This document shows positions 49,350 through 61,702 of a stretch of 64,000 bases of DNA, piece after piece. The first letter of the stretch is position 1, and every line of letters starts with the position of its first letter. Position numbers and translations under genes: made by a program. A model generated the notes under the pieces. The model saw only the letters and a program-made list of their open reading frames with translations, was not told the DNA's origin and did no database searches. The stretch lies in assembly GCF_001194135.2 (NCBI RefSeq), contig NC_068986.1, forward strand, positions 6,825,682 through 6,889,681. The letters run 5' to 3'. Source of the stretch: Octopus bimaculoides. Its lineage: Eukaryota.

Positions 49350-50590
49350 TCATCATCATCATTTAACATGTTTTCCATGCTGGCATGGGTTGACTAATTT
49401 GACAGGGGCTGGCCAGCTCTTCAGCTGGTAATGTCAGTTTTGACTCCTTGTCTGTTTTGGTATGGTTTCTATGGCTGGATACCATTCTTAATGCCAACCA
49501 CTTTACAGGGTGTGCTGGGTGCTTTTATTCAGCACTTTTATGTGACACCAGTATGGGTGCATTTTATGTGACACCAGCTGCCATGAGCCTACAAGATTAA
49601 GAGTGCTCAACTGCAGAGGGATGCAAGGGACATGTCTGTATACAAGGATGGCCATGGATTTACTTAGCTTAATATGTCTTCTCAAGCACAGCAAACCGTC
49701 AGGTGTCTTGGTCCCCTGCCATTCCCTCTGTGAAGCCCAACGTCTGAAGATCCTTTCTTACTACTTTGTCCCATGTCTTCATGGGTCTACTCCTTCAGCA
49801 TCTCTTGATGCAACTATCTTCATTCATATGCATTACATGACCATACCAGTGCAGTCATTACATGACTACACCATCAGATGTAGTGTCCACTTCTGCATGC
49901 TACATCTGATGCTTCATTATATCCAGTTTTTATCTCAAATCACTTAAACTCTGCTATATATGTACACTGACATTACCCATCCAGTAGAGCATACTGGCTT
50001 CATTTCTTTCAAGCTTTCACATGTCCTATGTAGTTACAGCCCATGTCTCACTGCCATGTAGAATAGCTGTATGTACACAGGCATCATCTAGTCTGCCTTT
50101 TACTCTCAGGGAGAGACCCTTCATTACTAACAGAGGTAGAAGCTCTCTGAGCTTTGCCCAGTCCATTCTTATTCTAGCAGCTATGCTTTCGGATCAACCT
50201 TTACTACTACAAACTCAGTTACCAAAGTGAGAGAAACTGTCTACTACTTCTAAGGATCCTTACCTTACGTTTGAAGGAGTTTATTTTTTTGTTTATTCCT
50301 GGTGTTTGATGTATCTGTATATCTGCCACATGTAAAGACTACTTTCTCTGTGAGTCTTCCAATGATACCTTTTATGTGTCCCTAGTATGCACTGAGCACA
50401 CCATGTGGAGCTACTCCTGACACCTTTTCTACATATTGAGCTGGGCCATCTCCCTGAAGAGATCTGTGATGTGTCTGTTTTCCTACTTATCAAGACTTTG
50501 GTCTTTGCTAAATTAACTCTAAAGCCCTTTGATTCCATTCATTGCTTCCATACTTGAAATTTCTTCTCTGGTTCTGGTAGTGATTCAGCA
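49350..50590 (-). mobile_element. Family A repeat followed by RTE LINE C-terminal remnant
   Basis: (CAT)n tail and core at 49350-49590; MESKGFRVNLAKTKVL...WPSSICRKGV (ORF 50293..50538). Confidence 0.82.
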
Positions 50591-50892
50591 ATAACAAGGT
50601 CTATCTTTCTTTCTTGTTTTCTCTTTCTTTTTTCATTGCTGTTTTTCTTGCTTTTTCCCTTTTTTCTCCCACTAACCAAGCCTCCAAAAATTCACCGCAC
50701 ACACACACACACATAGATTCAGAATAGTACAGAACATTCTCATCTCAATTCTGCTCCAGACTTTTTCAACTAACTCATAAATTCTCTGTGAAAATATCAT
50801 TCCTGATGATTCTCTGAAGCTAGATGAAAACACCATATAAATAATTATCCAAAATTCTGACTAACTCAATTTTCTTAATATATAGATATATA

Positions 50893-50926
<34 letters not shown>

Positions 50927-50976
50927 TTGTGTGTGTGTGTGTGTGTGTGTAAATATATATATTCTATAATTATAAT

Positions 50977-51605
50977 CAGGGGTCAGCTAATTGCTTTGCC
51001 ACACACCAAATTTAGAAATAGGAGTTAAATAACTTTTCTACTAACATAAAGATCTCTCAGACAGTAACACACTTTTTTATGTAGGCAAAAAGGTAAAATA
51101 AGGAATCCACATGACTCAGATTAGCTACATACGCATTTCGAGATTAAAGTAAAGTTATATTTACTTACTTATTTCACATCTTCAGGGCAGCATTTCGAAA
51201 TAGAAATTTGAGTGTTTGGATTAAATATGTACGTGATCAAGCACCATAGTAACACATACGTGGGTATTGAGGATAAATATGTGTTCACGTTCAGCTGTAT
51301 ATCTTTGAAAGTGTGGTTGAATATTGGTTATGTGATGGTGCTTGATCACGTACATATTTAATCCAAACACTCAAATTTATATTTCGAAATGCTGCACTGA
51401 AGATGTGAAATAAGTAAGTAAATATAACTTTACTTTAATCTCGAAATGCGTATGTAGCTAATCTGAGTCATGTGGATTCCTTATTTTAACTTTTTGCCTA
51501 AGTAAAAAAGTGTGTTACTGTCTGGGAGATCTTTATGGTAGTAGAACAGGGATTTAACTCCTATTTCTAAATTTGGTGCATGGCGAAGCAATTAGCTGAC
51601 CCCTG
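50977..51605. mobile_element. hAT-type fold-back MITE (629 bp) with 271-bp inverted arms
   Basis: Termini CAGGGGTCAGCTAA / TTAGCTGACCCCTG; 8-bp TSD ATTATAAT / ATCATAAT; arms 50977-51247 and 51335-51605 nearly identical. Confidence 0.9.
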
Positions 51606-51830
51606 ATCATAATTATGTTTATAATTATAGAATATTTGTATAATTTTACCTAAAAAGGTTATTTTAACCTAAAAAGGTTATTTTAATGTACCGAACTACT
51701 TGGTAAAATTATTAATTAATTAATTGATTAATTAATTAATTTTACCTATTTATTATTATTGAAATTATAATTTTCTCCCTGATCGAAAACTGCAGTTTCT
51801 TATTTCTTTATTGCCCACAAGGGGCTAAAC

Positions 51831-52826
51831 NNNNNNNNNNNNNNNNNNNNNNNNNNNNNNNNNNNNNNNNNNNNNNNNNNNNNNNNNNNNNNNNNNNNNN
51901 NNNNNNNNNNNNNNNNNNNNNNNNNNNNNNNNNNNNNNNNNNNNNNNNNNNNNNNNNNNNNNNNNNNNNNNNNNNNNNNNNNNNNNNNNNNNNNNNNNNN
52001 NNNNNNNNNNNNNNNNNNNNNNNNNNNNNNNNNNNNNNNNNNNNNNNNNNNNNNNNNNNNNNNNNNNNNNNNNNNNNNNNNNNNNNNNNNNNNNNNNNNN
52101 NNNNNNNNNNNNNNNNNNNNNNNNNNNNNNNNNNNNNNNNNNNNNNNNNNNNNNNNNNNNNNNNNNNNNNNNNNNNNNNNNNNNNNNNNNNNNNNNNNNN
52201 NNNNNNNNNNNNNNNNNNNNNNNNNNNNNNNNNNNNNNNNNNNNNNNNNNNNNNNNNNNNNNNNNNNNNNNNNNNNNNNNNNNNNNNNNNNNNNNNNNNN
52301 NNNNNNNNNNNNNNNNNNNNNNNNNNNNNNNNNNNNNNNNNNNNNNNNNNNNNNNNNNNNNNNNNNNNNNNNNNNNNNNNNNNNNNNNNNNNNNNNNNNN
52401 NNNNNNNNNNNNNNNNNNNNNNNNNNNNNNNNNNNNNNNNNNNNNNNNNNNNNNNNNNNNNNNNNNNNNNNNNNNNNNNNNNNNNNNNNNNNNNNNNNNN
52501 NNNNNNNNNNNNNNNNNNNNNNNNNNNNNNNNNNNNNNNNNNNNNNNNNNNNNNNNNNNNNNNNNNNNNNNNNNNNNNNNNNNNNNNNNNNNNNNNNNNN
52601 NNNNNNNNNNNNNNNNNNNNNNNNNNNNNNNNNNNNNNNNNNNNNNNNNNNNNNNNNNNNNNNNNNNNNNNNNNNNNNNNNNNNNNNNNNNNNNNNNNNN
52701 NNNNNNNNNNNNNNNNNNNNNNNNNNNNNNNNNNNNNNNNNNNNNNNNNNNNNNNNNNNNNNNNNNNNNNNNNNNNNNNNNNNNNNNNNNNNNNNNNNNN
52801 NNNNNNNNNNNNNNNNNNNNNNNNNN
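51831..52826. other. Assembly gap (about 1 kb of N) inside the intron between exons 4 and 5
   Basis: Run of N; exons 4 and 5 join in phase without it, but a symmetric phase-1 exon could be hidden. Confidence 1.
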
Positions 52827-52875
<49 letters not shown>

Positions 52876-52910
52876 AATTTAGAAGAAAGCTGACTGAGAA
52901 AAATACATAC

Positions 52911-53096
52911 TTCTATTTTTTGCAGAAACCATACGTTCTGATTTGCTTTGTTTTTTACAGTTTCCATTTCCCTTACACTTGCAGAAAAATATGTCTGGCC
53001 AGTATAAAGATGTAGCACCACGACTATCCTTTGCCCAAACTTTCAAGTCTTTTGGTATAACATCTAGATTTAGGGTCCAATTCAAATTGCTACTAT
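52911..53096 (-). CDS. Exon 4: end of linker and start of EGF-like 1 (DSSNLNWTL...LYWPDIFFCKCKGNGNC...KNR); alternative donor at 52935
   Basis: tatctcttcag acceptor, A|gtatgt donor; 186 nt, phase 1-1; CxC..NGNC typical of mucin-like proteins. Confidence 0.85.
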
Positions 53097-53249
53097 CTGA
53101 AGAGATAAATAATAAATATGTTAACTTCTTATTGATCACACTGATATTAAACAACAACAACAACAACAACTAACTATGTTATTTCAGCAACTTTCACAAC
53201 AAACAAAACTTGTTTAATAAACAGTACATGATGCAAAAAAAAAAACAGT

Positions 53250-53650
53250 AGGCGCAGGAGTGGCTGTGTGGTTACCAACCACATGGTTCCGGGTTCAGTC
53301 CCACTGCGTGGCACCTTGGGCAAGTGTCTTCTACTATAGCCTCGGGCCGACCAAAGCCTTGTGAGTGGATTTGGTAGACGGAAACTGAAAGAAGCCCGTC
53401 GTATATATGTATATATATATATGTATGTGTGTATATGTTGTGTATCTGTGTTTGTCCCCACCAACATCGCTTGACAACCGATGCTGGTGTGTTTAGGTCC
53501 CTGTAACTTAGCGGTTCGGCAAAAAGAGACCGATAGAATAATTACTAGGCTTACAAAGAATAAGTCCTGGGGTCGATTTGATTCGACTAAAGGCGGTGCT
53601 CCAGCATGGCCACAGTCAAATGACTGAAACAAGTAAAAGTAAAAGAAAGA
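53250..53650 (+). mobile_element. Family B tRNA-derived SINE, near-intact copy
   Basis: A-box TGGCTGTGTGG, B-box GGTTCAGTCCC, internal (TA)/(TG)n, tail GTAAAAGTAAAAGA. Confidence 0.92.
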
Positions 53651-53799
53651 AAGTACATTATGGAAAAAAAAAAACTACATATCTTATAGAGACCTTGTTT
53701 ACTGTTATTATATTTCTGTAATTTTAGTAATGACCACATCTTAAAGGTAGCTCAATGACTATGATGTCTCTTATGTATATGTTAAACAAAGATCAAGTT

Positions 53800-55210
53800 C
53801 GTCAGCATAGAGGAGATCCCAAAGACAGACTGGCAGCCCTTGGGAGCTTATCTATGCCGATAACCTTGTTCTTGTAGCTGGATCCCTACCTGACCTAGTG
53901 AAGAAATTTCAGGCATGGAAGCAAGGCCTGGAATCTAAGGACCTTAGAGTTCATTTAGCAAAGACCAAAGTTTTCCTGCTTATTATAAGCAGGAAAACGG
54001 GCAAATCAGAAGTCCCTTCTGAGAGATGGCCCTGTTTGATATGTAAGAAAGGTATTGTTAGAAACTCCATAGGTTGTGTAAGCTATGGACACACAAGAAG
54101 TGTAGTGGTATCATAGGAAAGTTAATGGTGAATATAGTCTTTGTGTGTGGCAAATGTGCAGGTACAATAAGCACTAAAAATGCACAGACACTAGACACCC
54201 TCAAATCAAATCACAATGGCTGCGATATACGGCTGCCTCCAATCAGGAGAGGAGGGCCTGTTTTGTCACATTCCAATTTTGGTTACTAAAATAGTCAGCT
54301 GCTACAAGGATAAAGGAGATACCTCAGATAAAAGTAATTACAGAGGCATCAAATTGCTGGACCAAGTGATTGTAGTTATGGAGACAGTTAACAGAATTAA
54401 GTTAGATGAAATACATTTTGGCTTTGTACTGAGGAGAATCCCCATAGATGTGGTTTACATAGTTAGGCAACTACAAGTGAAGTATTTAGCTAAGTGCAAG
54501 CCTGTACATATTTGTTGATCTAGAGAAAGCCTTCAACAGAGTCCCTCACTCTGTGATATGGTGGTCTCCGAGGAAGTTTGAGATAGATAAATGACTTGTG
54601 AAAGTGGTACAGGCCATGTACAGAGGTGCTGTTAGTAGGGTAAGAGTTAGTCATGGGTACAGTGATTAATTTATTGCATAGGTAGGTATTCACCAAGGTT
54701 CTCCAGGTGATAACAGAGGAATTTAAAACTGGATGCCCCTGAGAACTACTATATGTTGACCTTGCTCTCAAAGCAGAATCTATAACAAAACTAGGAAAGA
54801 AATTCCAGGTGTGGAAGCAAAATTTGAAATTGAAGGGCCTTAAAGTTAGCTTAGCAAAGACTAAGGTCCTAGTAAGCAAGAAAACAGACAGGACCCTACA
54901 CACTTAAGGTAAACGGCCCTACTTGATATGTAGGAAAGGTGTAAATAAGAATTCCATTCAGTGTATCTGATGCAAGCTATAGGAACATAAGAGGTGCAGT
55001 CAAACCACAGTAAGGCTAATAGAAAAGGTAGTGAGTGTGTGTTGAAGAAGCACAGGAGCCATAAAGTTCACAGATACATGGGAAACTGATTTTCTCAAAT
55101 GCCTTGGAGACTCTCTAAAGGCTGTTGATAATTTCTGTTATGTAATCAACCTAATTAACAGTGGAGGATGTTCTGAAAGTATAATTGCAAGAATAAGACT
55201 AGGGTGTTTT
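53800..55210 (+). mobile_element. Two adjacent RTE LINE remnants
   Basis: YADNLVL, WKQGLESKDLRVHLAKTK, WPCLICKKG; then NYRGIKLLDQ, FGFV, DLEKAF motifs. Confidence 0.85.
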
Positions 55211-55492
55211 TGACTCCAAGGAAAGAACAGAAACCTCTTTTTGTTTTCATGATGACTACATTTAAGCAACCCGACTTTCTCTTCAATTATTTATTGCTGA
55301 CATAAATACTTACCACTGTCCTCCAGTTCTAGCATTTTACCTTAAAAGTAATTAATCTAAAATTCAAAAATAAAATATCTTACATTCTACACAACATAAT
55401 CCCAGAGAAAGAAATCAAGACAAAACAATTCTGCATTTAGACCCTCACACCTGCCAATAATGTAAAAAAAAAAAAAACTAAAAAAGAATGAG

Positions 55493-55629
55493 GTAAGATG
55501 TTTGCTTCCCAACTACATAGTTCCAGGTTCAGTTCCACTGCATGGCATCTCAGGCAAATGAATCTACTATTGCCTCCAGCTGACCAAAGTCTTACAAGTG
55601 GATTTGGATGATGGAAACTGAAAGAAGCC

Positions 55630-55670
<41 letters not shown>

Positions 55671-55910
55671 TAGATAGATAGATAGATAGATAGATGGGTG
55701 TGTGTGTGTGTTTGTCCCCTACCACAGTTTGGCAACCATTGTTTGTTTGTTTATGTTTCTCTAAGTCGTTTGGCAAAAGAAACCAACAGAATAAGTACCA
55801 AGTTTTAAAAAAAAGTACTAGGGTCAGTTTGTTCAACTAAACCCTTCATGGTGGTGCTCCAGCATGACCAGTCTTATGACTGAAACAAGTAAAATATAAA
55901 AGATAAAAGA
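55493..55910 (+). mobile_element. Family B SINE with (TA)n(GATA)n core
   Basis: Collinear with 53250-53650. Confidence 0.85.
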
Positions 55911-55944
55911 TCAGCTGTTAAGAATATAAACAGAAATAATTTAC

Positions 55945-56088
55945 CAAATGTCTTTTTAACATTGTTTACTTCAATTTCGATAACGATGCTATCATTATTG
56001 CGATCAACTGCTTTCAAAGGGATTGTATTATTTCCTGACGTCAAATATAATTCATCCATTGCATTTTGTATAAATGGAGGAAAATTTT
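55945..56088 (-). CDS. Exon 3: Ig/cadherin-like linker (ENFPPFIQNAMDELYLTSGNNTIPLKAVDRNNDSIVIEIEVNNVKKTF)
   Basis: tttccag acceptor, G|gtaaat donor; 144 nt, phase 1-1; N-x-PP and A-x-D motifs. Confidence 0.85.
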
Positions 56089-57665
56089 CTGGAAAGAAAC
56101 ACAAATTAAAAACTTTATTCTACCAGTAAATGAGAATCAAGTAGAGTTCTTAAAATAGGAATGAAATGTTAGAAAATAGATGCAGATACGGCATCTTTTT
56201 TGTATGTCTTTTATAAATGAAAGTAACAAAATTATTGTAGTCATGTGAACTCATTCTCACATTTGTATACTGGAGATAATGTTAAAGCATCAATTAAAAC
56301 ATGTTAGTTGAGTAAAATTGGTAGAGATATAATTTTGAAAGGCAGACACATATTAGTGTATCATAATAGGTGCATCATATAAAAGACAGCAGAAGAAAGA
56401 CATTCATGCATAAGACACAGAAGTAACATATAAGAAAATATTAAGAAAATGTATCCAAGATAAAACAATCTTAATATGATTAGTATTTAACATTATTGTT
56501 TGATGTGTATCGTAAAGTGTGAGTTTGAGGTGGGTTAGAAGTATAGGGTCAGTGATATCACACAAATGACCTAGGAACTTTGCTGGAAGGAGAAAAGCAA
56601 GGGAAGTCATGTGATTAGAAACATGACTAGCATGGGCCTTTTTTGCTTTGGAGCTGGGGCTCAGAAGAGACGTGGTGGCCTAGTGAGTTGAGGGAATTTG
56701 TTGTTAGGTTTTGGCCAGAGGTTAGATGAAAAGGGCCCCTCCAGATGGATCCTGGCTGGAGGTAGGTTGATTATGCATTTTGCCCCTATATCACAAAAAG
56801 CTATCTTTAATGATAAAGATGGTGATGAATTGAAACCTGCAGATTTCTCATCCATGCTGTTGAATTGGCAAATCTGAGATGGATTTTGAAAAAATTAATA
56901 TTTTCATCAGCATAAAGAAATTGCTTTCTTATATCTAACTAATTCTACAGTAAAGAAGGAGTGAAATCAGCTGTCAAGATAAGCAGAGATAGATAGAGGT
57001 GATATATCTACCTTTGCCAATGGTGTAACAATGCTTGTAGGCCTTAAGTTATGAGATAAGGTCTTTATTGACAACTGTTAACAGGGAATTTACGAATAAA
57101 ACAACTACTGAAATTGACCAGAATGTTACAAAAAGATCCATTATAAATCCATAAATGTGAGGTGGTAGAAGGATTGTTCATTTTGAATATATCTTTAATT
57201 ATTCAGTTTTACGATGTTTACCAAAACGAAAATAAACTGGAAATTTATTCCTAGTGGGTTAAAAGACAGTAAATATTTATTTCTAGTAAGTAAAATACTC
57301 CTATAAACTTGCAAATGCAAGAAAATGAAATGTAATTAACAAAACTATTACAATAGTATTTATAAAACATAAGAAACCAATCAGTTTATGTTTCATAAAA
57401 CAACTGACGAAATATAATATAGAGATACACTAATTATATATATAATAAAAAATCCACCTAAAACAGAAAGAAAAACAAGAACAATAAGAATTAATCATGG
57501 TATCACTGAATCAATTAGTAGACTATTGGATGATGTTATACATTGCTGGTCGGCATGTGCATTGCATGATGCCACTCTGCTGACTGGGCGAGCAGGCCAA
57601 CATTTCCCCTGATTGGAAGGTTATTTCATTGCAGGGTTACACATTTACATCTGAATGGACTAAGC

Positions 57666-57963
57666 CAGGGGTTTTCAAACTGTGGTCCGCGGACCGAAGG
57701 GGGTCCGCAAGGACAAGACAGGGATTCCATAGACAGCAAATACTTTTTATGGGCAATTTGATTTTATATATGTTTTTTTAAATCGAAATCTTTTAATTGA
57801 CAATAAACCTATTTGTTAAATACTGTTAAATAAATAAATGTAAAAATATATGTTATTTTAAGCAAATATTTATGTATAAATTTCATAAGCGTTTATAAGG
57901 GGTCCCTAAGGTAAAGCCTGAAATATAAAGGGGTCCGCAAGTCAAAAAGTTTGAAAACCCCTA
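57666..57963. mobile_element. hAT MITE (298 bp) nested in an older SINE fragment
   Basis: TIRs CAGGGGTTTTCAAACT / AGTTTGAAAACCCCTA; perfect 8-bp TSD GACTAAGC at 57658-57665 and 57964-57971. Confidence 0.92.
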
Positions 57964-58222
57964 GACTAAGCAACATGAAATGAAATGTTTTGATGAACAC
58001 CACAACACCACATATCTTCAAATGATTAGTAATGATAAAATAACAAAATCCTACAAAATAATCAACTTTAATAATTAGGTTTGATATTAATGGTTTGATA
58101 ATTAAATCATTGCTTAAACATAAATAATAACAGAATAGTAACAAAATTAAAAAAAAAACTCAGAATTGGAGAAACTTCAGATTGTGATGACCGAAACTGT
58201 AGCTGTTTAGATAATGCTTTAA

Positions 58223-58359
58223 CCCTTTGAGCATGTAACGCCAGTTTACCAGAGGATGGCTTATTTTTCTCTATACCATAGCACTGCTCTACCAGTGGAG
58301 TACTGGTGGAATGCCAGGTATATGGTCAAATAAAGTTCAAGAGGTCAAGACTCAAAGGG
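58223..58359. mobile_element. piggyBac-type MITE (137 bp)
   Basis: TTAA|CCCTTTGAG ... CTCAAAGGG|TTAA. Confidence 0.85.
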
Positions 58360-58508
58360 TTAATCTACTTATCTTGCTTTGTTTGTAAAAAATATTTTAA
58401 GAATATTTAATTAGCAATTATCTTAAAATTAAAACAGAAAAATTAAAGTCTAAATCTAAGCAGATAAAATTATCGAAAAAGCAAAAACATCAATAAGGAT
58501 CAACTCAC

Positions 58509-58751
58509 CGATTGTTTCAAAATAGTCTGGTTTATATAGCATAGTGTGGTTAGCAAGGTTAATTTTCTGTAGAACAGCAGCACAGATGCAAAACATATCA
58601 CTGTCTTGACATTTAGTTTCAGTACTATTAATTAAATTGGAAAGGTTGCTAAGAATTTCAATAAACTGGATTTCTGAGATATTGTAGGAATTAAAGCTGC
58701 TGTAATTCTTATGTGTATAATTTAAAAGAGAATCTTCTTCTTTCACTCGAC
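58509..58751 (-). CDS. Exon 2: post-VWD Cys-containing region (RVKEEDSLLNY...KCQDSDMFCICAAV...YFETI); alternative in-frame acceptor at 58793
   Basis: Acceptor ctaatctaatatctcttgatatttcag with CTAAT branch-like motif, donor G|gtgagt; 243 nt, phase 1-1; lies inside ORF 58456..58878; many N-x-S/T sequons. Confidence 0.82.
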
Positions 58752-58956
58752 CTGAAATATCAAGAGATATTAGATTAGTTTCACCATTTTGCCCTGAAAT
58801 GTGTTTAATAATAAATTTTGTTGCAATGATATTATAATATGAAATATTTAATGTAAGAAAGTTATTTTTGGCTTTCATATTTCAAGGTAGCATAAATTGA
58901 AATGGACCTTTTCATTAAAATATGATGCCACACAACCTCGCCACCCACCATCCACA

Positions 58957-59004
<48 letters not shown>

Positions 59005-59378
59005 GATGCAGCATAGTTAAGAAGTTCGTTTACAATTACGAAAGACTAAGTTCAACTTCACTGCATGCCAGTTTGGGCAGGTGTCATTTAACACAACCCT
59101 GAATCAACTTAATACTTGTGAATGAAATAATTAGGAACACAGAATTACATCAGATATTGATAACTTTCAGTTATTTCAAGGTAAAGACTTCTTATACCAC
59201 ACTGTACCTTGTTGATTCTGTCTGAGAATTCCATTAAAGGTACATGTGTCTATGGAATACTCCAACCACTTAGATGATAATTAAATGTGCCCCAGGAAGT
59301 CTCATGGATCAAACAAATGAATATCTTCAAATCATTGGAGACCTATTTACTTTACAGAAATACGAATAAAAACTCTAA

Positions 59379-59458
59379 GTAATCAATGGGCTTTACATGT
59401 AATCAATAGGCTCTACATGTAATCAATAGATTCTATATGTAACCAATAGGCTCTGTCA
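59379..59458. repeat. Minisatellite, 20-bp unit x4
   Basis: GTAATCAATAGGCTCTACAT consensus at 59379, 59399, 59419 and 59439. Confidence 0.9.
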
Positions 59459-59699
59459 TTAAGTCAGTAATAAAATATAAATATTTGACTGAGCCCAATT
59501 CATAGATAATTACTAAAAGTTTTCTCATAAAGACCTAGAAATAATAAAAAAGGTAATAATAAATTACAGAAGAATGTTACTAAAATTATTAGATTGAAAT
59601 AATTAAATCTGCTAGAAATCCCTTAGTTGAAGGAAGAGTGTGTCTCTATATTATATATTTAGTTAAGTTGTTCTGTTTAGTCAAGTTGAGTATTGTGAA

Positions 59700-60200
59700 A
59701 TAATTGAGGTAGTTGGAGTGTATGAAGCTGAGACTAGTCTTCGATAAATCAACAGTTACATTGATCTCCTCCTATATGCCACAATCCCAAATGACACGAT
59801 TAGAAGATCAACTTTAAGAGGTCCTTCTACAAACCACCAATTTTTATGAGGTCCTTTTGCAGACTATCCTGATGATAAATGACAATAACTGATTATTGTG
59901 GAGAGTGACTTCAATAGACATGCTGGACATCACTACAATGAATTTCCTTGTGCCCATGGAGGTTATGGCTTTGGGTCTGGAAATGAGGAGGAGCTCGCAG
60001 AAAGACTGCTGGAGTTACCTGCAGCACTAACTTCAAGAAACCAGTCAGTCACCTGATCACCTGTGAATGTAGTGAACTCACAAGACTATATCCTCATCAG
60101 AAAACAGGAAAGATGGATGCTTGTAAATGCAAAGTCTTTCCTGGGAAAGGAATCAGACTTAGATTATTGGCAATTTACTGTGCTCAAGAAGAGCAGTCTG
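59700..60200 (+). mobile_element. RTE LINE apurinic endonuclease remnant
   Basis: LRLVFDKSTVTLISSYMP, IIVESDFNRHAG, QDYILIRK motifs. Confidence 0.75.
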
Positions 60201-60502
60201 TCACAGCAAAAGCAAGGTTCTAAAAGTATTGTGCTTATTCCTGTACATGCAGGACCTTGCATCCAATTGGCCCACATCAAGCATTCCCCTACGTTTCATC
60301 TTCTACCACCCATTCTCCATCACACTTTTATGGCATTACTCAGCTGTTGTAATCATTTGAGAGCAAAACTGACACATATTTCATCTCCCTTTTTGCACTA
60401 CTAGTGATCTGTCTGCAGGTTTATCCAACTATTGCTCTCCACACTTCTTACATTGCTGAACCACTTCTATTTCTTTCACTTCTTCACCTCCATACAGATT
60501 AT

Positions 60503-60900
60503 TATCATCATCATCATCGTCGTTTAACATCCGCTTTCCATGCTAGCATGGGTTGGACGATTTGACTGAGGACTGGTGAAACCAGATAGCTACACCAGGC
60601 TCCAATCTGATTTCGCAGAGTTTCTACAGCTGGATGCCCTTCCGAACGCCAACCACTCAGAGAGTGTAGTGGGTGCTTTTACGTGCCACAGGCACTAGGG
60701 CCAGTCAGGCGGTATTGGCAATGGCCATGCTCAAAATGGTGTATTTTACGTGCACCCACACAAGAGCCAGTCCAGGGGCACTGGCAACAATCTCACTCGA
60801 AAGTCCTTATACATGCCACGGGCACAAGTGCCAGAAAGGCGACGCTGGGCACAGGTGCCATGACGATTTCGCTTTCGTTTGCCCCAACAGGTCTTCACAA
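60503..60900 (-). mobile_element. Family A SINE-like repeat
   Basis: (CAT)n tail plus near-consensus core. Confidence 0.9.
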
Positions 60901-61171
60901 GATATTTACCATTAACCAAATCTCCACCCTTGTTTATCACTCACTGCATCCACCTCTAGCCCCATCCTTAACTATCTGTCACTCTTTCAGCCCAGACACT
61001 TATGAAATTAGCCATCCTTTTCTTCCTGATCCACAGCCTATACTCTCCCTTATACTCACCTTCTTGTATTTTGTGAGTATGCTCTGGTACCCCATCACCA
61101 TCATCTTATCTCCCTGCATCATATAATGTGAGTAGCCATGTATTTCCTCTATAGCAAGACACCTGTGCTTT

Positions 61172-61265
61172 GCCATCCGGTTTCACCAGTCCTCAGTCAA
61201 ATCGTCCAACCCATGCTAGCATGGAAAGCGGACGTTAAACGATGATGATGATGATGATGATGATA
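61172..61265 (+). mobile_element. Family A SINE-like repeat, 3' end
   Basis: Near-consensus 3' end with (GAT)n tail. Confidence 0.9.
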
Positions 61266-61394
61266 CTTCTGCTTCAACACCTGACATACTGCCATCTCTC
61301 TCTCTCACTCTCAAATACAGTCCATCAAGGGAGCTTTTCCCTTTTCTTTACATTGTTTTGCAAGTTGCTAGGCAACCTCACTAACTGGTGTCAT

Positions 61395-61600
61395 AAAAAC
61401 CACCAGTACACAGTGTAAAATGGTTGGCATTAGAAAGGGTACCCAGTTATAGAAATCCTGCCAAAGCAGACATTGGAGCCTTGATGCAACTCTGTGGCTC
61501 ATCAGACCCTGTCAAACCGTCCAACCTATGCCAAAATGGAAAACAGACATTAAATGATGATTGTGATGATGACAACAGTGATGACAATGATGATGATATA
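61395..61600 (+). mobile_element. Family A SINE-like repeat (diverged)
   Basis: Diverged core plus GAT-rich tail. Confidence 0.7.
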
Positions 61601-61702
61601 TGTGTAAATGCAGAAAGAGGAAACAGAATATGACAATAACTGAGGAAATATTGTTCAGGTATTACATAAGAATTCTTAAAATGAACATTTACAGATACTT
61701 AC

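Noticed and set aside
50800-50845. CUGAUGA...GAAA hammerhead-like string
   Set aside because: No convincing stem I or III and no NUH site in register.
53250-53320. tRNA gene
   Set aside because: A/B-box head of a SINE without a complete cloverleaf, continuing into the repeat body.
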